IMG/VR virus record: IMGVR_UViG_3300018868_001080
From: a virus
Length of the DNA: 64,000 bases
Strand: one strand, 5' to 3'
The notes under the pieces are model-generated. The model did not search any database and was not told where the DNA came from. It saw only the letters and a list, made by a program, of their open reading frames with translations. Positions 57,936-64,000 of the stretch are shown here, piece after piece. Position 1 is the stretch's first letter. Every line of letters starts with the position of its first letter. Position numbers and translations under genes: made by a program.

Positions 57936-58205
57936 TCACATGCCTGTAAGAGGCCTGCGCATAACCACCATTTTCACCTTGCCCTTGCCTTTGCTCTTTC
58001 TTCCCTTAGCACCCAAAGCAACTGGCGACCGGTAATCGTCCTTGTTATATTCATCTTTACCGGGTGTGCCTGAGGGTATATCCTTCCAATCAGATGTTTG
58101 GAACGTTCCCAGAGATCCCCCGGAACCTGCTGTATTAGAAGCTGCAACTGTCATTGCACCTGCATCCTCTATGAGCTTGGCAAACAATATATCAAACATT
58201 TTCAC
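57936..58205 (-). CDS. Small late protein resembling the gp23 N-arm, with basic C-terminal tail
   Basis: About 24/42 identities to gp23 residues 76-117; TATAAATA-N6-GTG. Confidence 0.75.
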   Translation of the reverse strand: MKMFDILFAKLIEDAGAMTVAASNTAGSGGSLGTFQTSDWKDIPSGTPGKDEYNKDDYRSPVALGAKGRKSKGKGKVKMVVMRRPLTGM

Positions 58206-58239
58206 TTTAATTATTTATAGTATACATTATAATAAAGAT

Positions 58240-58638
58240 ATGGAATATAACATATCAAGCATATTAGCTGAGATAAAGCAAGATGTAACAGTGGATGAAT
58301 TGAATCTACGAGAGGTGCAATTCCGGTTGCCAGCTATCAAGCACAAGTATGCAGGTCTTCTGATCAGATCCAAAATTGAGCTCAACAACAAGAAGAAAGA
58401 GCTTGATGAGCAGCGCAAGAATGCTGTGGAGCAAATAAAAGAAAAAAGCCCCATCAAATTGGCACCTAACACACTGTATGATACTGCAAGCGAACTGCCC
58501 AACCTCAAGAAAATACGCAGCGAAATTGAGGAAATGGAACTGCTAATAACATTGCTGGAGAAAACTGAGAAAACTCTGGCCTCCATGACATATGACATAA
58601 AGAACATTATAGAGATACAAAAGCTTGAAACTACATGA
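58240..58638 (+). CDS. uvsY: Recombination mediator UvsY-like (start revised to MEYNIS)
   Basis: D..VDE.NL..P..KHKY, YDIKNIIE; upstream of uvsW. Confidence 0.8.
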   Translation: MEYNISSILAEIKQDVTVDELNLREVQFRLPAIKHKYAGLLIRSKIELNNKKKELDEQRKNAVEQIKEKSPIKLAPNTLYDTASELPNLKKIRSEIEEMELLITLLEKTEKTLASMTYDIKNIIEIQKLETT

Positions 58639-60098
58639 TAAAGATTGATCTGGATGGTAAAAAGAACAAAGCTACTCTCACCGGGCTTTACTTTGATGAA
58701 ATAAGAGAGAATTTCTCTGTTAAGAACAAAGCTGCCGTATTCCTGAAGCGGTACGCCCGTTACATACCATCGCGCATTTACAGTATTACACCTACCGGCA
58801 GATTTGATCCATGCCTGACACTAGAACTACAGAAATTTTTTCTTGAAAAACAATATGCCTGCACCATTGAAATTTCCGAAGACATAAAGAAGATAATTAC
58901 ACCATCTGTTTATTCATGGCAACAGAATGCAAATTTTTCTCCTGTGCCTTACAAGTTGAAGTTAGATTTGCGTGATTATCAGGAGGAGATAGTCAAACAG
59001 TGCCTAGCCTCAGGCAGAGGCACAGTGGTACTTGCAACTGCTGGTGGCAAGACTCTTGTAATGGCTTCACTGATATCATCTGTGTACCGTTTTCACAATA
59101 GCAAATTCAAATGTCTGCTTGTGGTGCCAGATCGCGGTCTTGTGGAACAAACATTCAATGATTTTGTTGAATATGGTGTACCCTTGTCATTCTCCAAGTG
59201 GACAGGTGATAACAAGCTGGACCTCACTTCAAATATTATAATCGCCAACCTAGGCATACTGCATAGCAAGAATTCGAATTTGTCTTGGCTAGAAAATATT
59301 GACATGGTGGTAGTGGATGAAGTGCATAAGATTAGAAAAGGAAAGGAAGTTAACAAGCTGCTAGCCCTGATCAAGACACCGCACAAATTTGGCTTCACTG
59401 GAACCTTGCCTGAGGAGAAAGAGGACCAGTGGAATATTATTGGAAAGATTGGACCACTGTTGTATGAAAAGAATAGTTATGAACTACGAACTGAAAACTA
59501 TGTAAGTAATGCAAGCATACAAATGCTCAATATTTTCTATCAGACTGTGCCCAAGCGCAACAGTGGTAACTTCACACCCACTGATTTCTACAGGAAAGAG
59601 CTCGATTTTATCATTGATAATAAATTCAGGAACATACTGCTGTCGAAAATTGTAAACAAAGTTTCAAAGAACGTTCTCATCTTAATTGACTTCATCAAGC
59701 ATGGTGAAATACTTGAAGCTACTCTCAAGGCAAGCTGCCCTGGCAAAAAGATATTTTTTATTCGCGGTGAAGTTGAAGTGGAAGAAAGAGAGAGAATTAA
59801 GAGCATCATTGAAGCAGACAATGATGTGGTTGTGGTTGCCATTTCCAAGATATTTTCTACTGGTATCAATGTCAAGAATTTACACTACATCGTATTTGCA
59901 GGCGGTGGCAAAGCTAAGATTAAAACTGTTCAATCTATTGGTAGAGGTTTACGCTTGCATATTAACAAGGATAAGCTTATAATATTTGATATATCAGATC
60001 AGCTGTATTACGGTATACAGCATACTAGCAAAAGAAAACAAATTTATGAAAAAGAAAAAATCCAATACAACACCACCGATATCTACGAAAAAGCCTAA
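58635..60098 (+). CDS. uvsW: UvsW SF2 helicase
   Basis: LRDYQ, ATAGGKT, DEVH, GFTGT, FSTGIN, QSIGRGLR. Confidence 0.95.
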   Translation: MIKIDLDGKKNKATLTGLYFDEIRENFSVKNKAAVFLKRYARYIPSRIYSITPTGRFDPCLTLELQKFFLEKQYACTIEISEDIKKIITPSVYSWQQNANFSPVPYKLKLDLRDYQEEIVKQCLASGRGTVVLATAGGKTLVMASLISSVYRFHNSKFKCLLVVPDRGLVEQTFNDFVEYGVPLSFSKWTGDNKLDLTSNIIIANLGILHSKNSNLSWLENIDMVVVDEVHKIRKGKEVNKLLALIKTPHKFGFTGTLPEEKEDQWNIIGKIGPLLYEKNSYELRTENYVSNASIQMLNIFYQTVPKRNSGNFTPTDFYRKELDFIIDNKFRNILLSKIVNKVSKNVLILIDFIKHGEILEATLKASCPGKKIFFIRGEVEVEERERIKSIIEADNDVVVVAISKIFSTGINVKNLHYIVFAGGGKAKIKTVQSIGRGLRLHINKDKLIIFDISDQLYYGIQHTSKRKQIYEKEKIQYNTTDIYEKA

Positions 60099-60552
60099 AA
60101 AAGATAAACCTTTTTATGTTAGTCCCAAGGAATTTGAGGCAGAGATTACTATCTATTACAACACTGGCAACATGTCCATCAATCTGGGCGAATCAATTAC
60201 CAAGATTGCCAATGGCTTGAGCTATGCCCCTAACTTTATCAACTACACTTACAAGGATGACATGATTGGCGATGCAATTGTGAAGATGTTTTCTGCTTTA
60301 AAAAATAAGAAGTTCAGATTAAACAGCGGGTTCAGCCCCTTTTCTTACTTTACAACAATTGCTTTCCATGCCTTCATCAACAGAATTAAAAAAGAAAAGA
60401 AGCACCATGCTGCAATCAATGATTACAGGGAAAAGGTGTACACTGATTTGATTCATTCTTGCCCGGGCGGTGAACACATATACGTTAAACCAACTGACAA
60501 CCCTCATACAGATGATGGTGAGAACGGTGTGTACAGTAATTTGAATGGTTAA
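60046..60552 (+). CDS. gp55: Late transcription sigma factor (gp55-like)
   Basis: IANGLSYAPNFINYTYKDDMIGDA, PFSYFTTIAFHAFINRIKKEKK. Confidence 0.92.
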   Translation: MKKKKSNTTPPISTKKPKKDKPFYVSPKEFEAEITIYYNTGNMSINLGESITKIANGLSYAPNFINYTYKDDMIGDAIVKMFSALKNKKFRLNSGFSPFSYFTTIAFHAFINRIKKEKKHHAAINDYREKVYTDLIHSCPGGEHIYVKPTDNPHTDDGENGVYSNLNG

Positions 60553-61597
60553 GCTTAATAACAAGAAAATATGCTGCTTTTCTGATGTACATATTGGTGT
60601 ACACCAGAATAATGTCTTTTGGTATAATGTTGCCCAAAAATTCTTTACTTGGGTAGCACAAGAACTCAAGAGTAGACAGATTGAAGATATCATCATTTGT
60701 GGTGATTTGTTTCACTACCGGGATGAAATCTCTGTGCACACCATTCACCTTGCATCACAGCTCTTGGCAGAATTAAAAGACTTCAACATCATAATGCTGG
60801 TCGGTAATCATGATGCTTACTACAAGGACCGGTCTGATGTAAATTCTCTAACACCGTTTGCAGGATGGCCCAACATACGCGTCATTTCCCAAGCTACTTC
60901 GTCTTTTAATTTCAACAGAGAACTTTCTTTTATACCATGGGGCACAGATCCTAAGCTTCTGCCTGATAGTGAAGTGATGTTTGGCCACTTTGAAATTGAA
61001 ACATTCAAGATGAACAGCCATAAAATATGTGAACGCGGCATCAAAGCATCACAATTACTCGACAAGGCTAAACTTGTTATCTCAGGACATTTTCACCTCA
61101 AAGATGAACGCAAATATGCTGAAGGCACAATTCTCTATTTAGGAAGCCCTTACCAGATGGATTTTGGTGATGTGGAGAGCCAAAAAGGTATCCACATATT
61201 GGACCTCAACACTTTAAAATATGAGTTTGTTGAGAATGATAACTACCCCAAGCATAAAAAAATTCTTTTATCAGATCTTATTAAAGAAGAGGGATTCACA
61301 GATAAAGTTAAAGATGAGTTTAAGGATAATATAGTTAAATTTATTGTTGATAAGAATATTACTGCAGATGAGATTGATTTATTGCTTGAAAAATTATCCA
61401 CGCTTAACCCCTTGTCAATTAATGTAGACTATGCTGTTAATTTCAATAAGTTTTCTGTGCAGAATGATCCAAACTGTGATTTGTCAGGGGTGAACATACC
61501 CAAGGCTATTGAAGAATTTGTAAACATGCTTGATGATATTAACAACAAGCAAGAGATTATAGAGTATACAACAGAGTTGTTTAAAAGGGTCAAATGA
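60545..61597 (+). CDS. gp47: Recombination nuclease subunit (gp47/Mre11-like)
   Basis: SDVHIG, GDLF, GNHD, GHFE, SGHFH. Confidence 0.93.
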   Translation: MVKLNNKKICCFSDVHIGVHQNNVFWYNVAQKFFTWVAQELKSRQIEDIIICGDLFHYRDEISVHTIHLASQLLAELKDFNIIMLVGNHDAYYKDRSDVNSLTPFAGWPNIRVISQATSSFNFNRELSFIPWGTDPKLLPDSEVMFGHFEIETFKMNSHKICERGIKASQLLDKAKLVISGHFHLKDERKYAEGTILYLGSPYQMDFGDVESQKGIHILDLNTLKYEFVENDNYPKHKKILLSDLIKEEGFTDKVKDEFKDNIVKFIVDKNITADEIDLLLEKLSTLNPLSINVDYAVNFNKFSVQNDPNCDLSGVNIPKAIEEFVNMLDDINNKQEIIEYTTELFKRVK

Positions 61598-63399
61598 AGA
61601 AAATCATATTCAAAAAGATCTCTGTAAAAAACTTTCTATCTGTGGGCAGTGAACCGGTAGTCATTGACTTCAAATCAGGTTTGCACATCATTACAGGTCT
61701 TAACAAGGACAAGGAAGATCGCCGCAATGGTGTAGGCAAGTCAACTATTGCAGATGCCATATACTTTGCTATCTTTGGTGACACATTAAGAGAGCTCAAG
61801 AAAGAACATATTGTTAACAACACCAACAGAGAGAATTGTGAGATTATATTAGATTTTGATATTGAAGGATTTGAGCACAAGGATGAATACAAGATTGTAA
61901 GAATGCTGGAACCTTCACGGTGTTACATCTATAAGAATGGTGAAGACAAGACACGAGACAGTATTGTCAATACTACTGAATACATCTTCAAGAAGATCAA
62001 TTGCTCTCCAGATATTTTCCAAAATTGCGTAATAATGACAGTCAATAACACTGTACCTTTCATGGCAAAAAAGAAGATTGAAAAGCGTAAGTTTATTGAA
62101 GGTATCTTTAATCTAGAAGTGTTCGGTACCATGTTGCAACAACTACGAGAAGAGTACAACGAATCAAAGAAGAATTTTGACATTGAATCTACTAAATGTG
62201 TTGAAATTGAAAGCAACCTGGCATCACAGGTAGCTGCAAGTGAAGCTTACAACAAAGAGCGTGACGTCAAGAGACAGAAGTATATTACCCGCAAAGAAAA
62301 CAACACAAAGGAATTGCAGAGTTTGAGTGAGAATGCCAAGGAGTTTGCTGTGCTGGATGTCAAGAAGATAGAGAAGGATATAGATGCTCTTACTGCAAAA
62401 GCACAGAAGATTGATCAAGAGGTCATTGCATTGCGCGACAAAACATCATCTTACAAGACACAGATTGAATTGAAGGAAAAAACACACAAACATATTGGAA
62501 CAGACAAAGATGTGTGTCCAACATGTCTGCGTGGTTTGGAAGATAAAGACAGGCACAACATCAAAGAAGAGAAGCAAAAAATTAAGCAAGACATCAGCAA
62601 TTTTGAGAGCAAGATAGCTAGCAATCTCAAGAAAGAAGAAGAGTCTTCTGCTCTGGAGCTCAAGCTTTATGGAGCAGTGGACAGCTTGAAGAGCAAAATA
62701 AATAGTTTTAATCTTGAGCAAAAAGAGCTTGAAAATATTAAGCTCAGAATCAATCAATTAAACCTGTGGCAGAAAGAGTTAGACGTGGATTTAGCTGAAG
62801 TTAGCAAAGCCAATAATCAACACAATGCGAATATAGAAGCAATTACAAAGCGATTGGAAGAAGTAAAAACCTTGCTTGAGAAAACAAAAATGCATCTCAA
62901 CATGCTTGATGCAGTAAAATTTGTTTTATCAGAAGAGGGTGTGAAGTCTTATATTGTAAAGAAGATTTTGCAGTTGTTCAATAGCAAATTGGCTTACTAC
63001 TTAAAAAAGATGGATGCCAATTGCATTTGCATATTCAACGAATACTTTGAAGAAGAGATCATTGATGAAAAAGGCAAACCATGCTCTTACTTTAATTTTA
63101 GTGGTGCAGAGCGCAAGAATATAGACTTGGCATGCCTGTTTGCTTTCATGGACATCAGACGTTTGCAAGGCAATGTGGCGTTTAATTTCAGTGTGTATGA
63201 TGAATTGTTTGATTCATCTTTGGATGAAAAAGGAGTGGAGCTGGTGTTAGGTATTTTGAGAGAAAGAATTGAAAAGTACAACGAATGTATCATGGTGATC
63301 AGTCATCGCAAAGAGAGTGTTAAATTTGCTTCTGGTGATATTATCTACTTGGAAAAGAAAAACGGAATCACCAAGCGAGTAGAGTACAGCGACTATTAA
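61594..63399 (+). CDS. gp46: Recombination ATPase subunit (gp46/Rad50-like)
   Basis: NGVGKST, CPTC zinc hook, FSGAE, YDELFDSSLD, ISH. Confidence 0.95.
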   Translation: MKKIIFKKISVKNFLSVGSEPVVIDFKSGLHIITGLNKDKEDRRNGVGKSTIADAIYFAIFGDTLRELKKEHIVNNTNRENCEIILDFDIEGFEHKDEYKIVRMLEPSRCYIYKNGEDKTRDSIVNTTEYIFKKINCSPDIFQNCVIMTVNNTVPFMAKKKIEKRKFIEGIFNLEVFGTMLQQLREEYNESKKNFDIESTKCVEIESNLASQVAASEAYNKERDVKRQKYITRKENNTKELQSLSENAKEFAVLDVKKIEKDIDALTAKAQKIDQEVIALRDKTSSYKTQIELKEKTHKHIGTDKDVCPTCLRGLEDKDRHNIKEEKQKIKQDISNFESKIASNLKKEEESSALELKLYGAVDSLKSKINSFNLEQKELENIKLRINQLNLWQKELDVDLAEVSKANNQHNANIEAITKRLEEVKTLLEKTKMHLNMLDAVKFVLSEEGVKSYIVKKILQLFNSKLAYYLKKMDANCICIFNEYFEEEIIDEKGKPCSYFNFSGAERKNIDLACLFAFMDIRRLQGNVAFNFSVYDELFDSSLDEKGVELVLGILRERIEKYNECIMVISHRKESVKFASGDIIYLEKKNGITKRVEYSDY

Positions 63400-63998
63400 T
63401 CGTAAGAGGTATAGTTTCTATCACCTATTGTGCTGGGAACCACTCTTTTTCCAAACTCTCTGCGTGCAATGTCTTCAATGTCTGGTTCAAGCCCAGGCTC
63501 CAGGACCACTGGTTCCTTAGTAGTGTCTTCTGGGTTAGCTAGCTTGTAGTAATCTGCAGTAAGATCCACAAAGTTCTGAAAATAGTCAAAATTATCGCTT
63601 TGGTCCACCTTAAAGAATTCATCCTTCTCCTTCTTATCAAGCATGTCTTCTGCCGCACTACGCGCAGCTGTTGTGATCTGCTTCTTTAATTCATCAGGGT
63701 TGCTGGTGTTGAAAGAATCTGGCAGCTCATCATACACTCTGGGGCTTATCTTGTCATACTTACCAAAATTGGGTGTACCTGTTCGAGTGTAAACACCTTC
63801 AACTTCTGCTGCAGCACTCTTGCCTGCAACATCTTCATTCTTTGCACCAGCTTCCACTGCCTTGGTGACTGCCACAGGTGAAGCTGCTGATCCACCCTCA
63901 CCATCTGTGCGGATTACATTGAGTAAATTGTCTGCAATACGCGCAGTGTACACTGCCTGTGTCTTGCCAATCTTGAGCTCATTCTTAATGAGATTGAT
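63396..63998 (-). CDS. Hypothetical acidic protein (5'-truncated by window end)
   Basis: Frame open to the window edge. Confidence 0.55.
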   Translation of the reverse strand: MNLIKNELKIGKTQAVYTARIADNLLNVIRTDGEGGSAASPVAVTKAVEAGAKNEDVAGKSAAAEVEGVYTRTGTPNFGKYDKISPRVYDELPDSFNTSNPDELKKQITTAARSAAEDMLDKKEKDEFFKVDQSDNFDYFQNFVDLTADYYKLANPEDTTKEPVVLEPGLEPDIEDIARREFGKRVVPSTIGDRNYTSYD

Positions 63999-64000
63999 TA

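Noticed and set aside
1-64000. Stop-codon reassignment
   Set aside because: Core genes are intact under the standard code, and TAA, TAG and TGA all serve as stops.

Overview
A 64-kb segment of a large T4-like tailed phage genome, about 38-40% GC by eye, gene-dense, with frequent strand switches. Core T4-type genes: gp23 capsid, gp22, gp21, a gp5-like spike, gp62, a GroES/gp31-like protein, uvsY-uvsW-gp55-gp47-gp46, and nrdAB. Accessory content: (i) a dispersed 7-deazaguanine DNA-modification pathway (DpdA-like TGT, PurN-like formyltransferase, Nmad1/DUF1599, kinase, QueF, QueE, QueD, FolE; no QueC in the window); (ii) a ~13-kb nucleotide-sugar/glycosyltransferase island containing a RuBisCO-like protein; (iii) three tRNAs and a tmRNA with an unusual 33-codon tag; (iv) a holin/spanin-like/M15 endolysin cassette that points to a diderm host; (v) repeat-rich fibre proteins. 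The most striking unexplained observations: a small late protein (57936-58205) that copies about 42 residues of the major capsid protein N-arm and adds a basic tail; a window-wide leaderless-type promoter architecture (TAA[A/G]TA-N5-start and TTGAnn-N16-TAnnnT-N6-start); the RuBisCO-like/cupin/nucleotidyltransferase/PDE-like module inside the glycan island; a tRNA-Thr with a long variable arm; and CpG depletion that spares the capsid gene. All calls come from manual motif recognition; no database searches were run.
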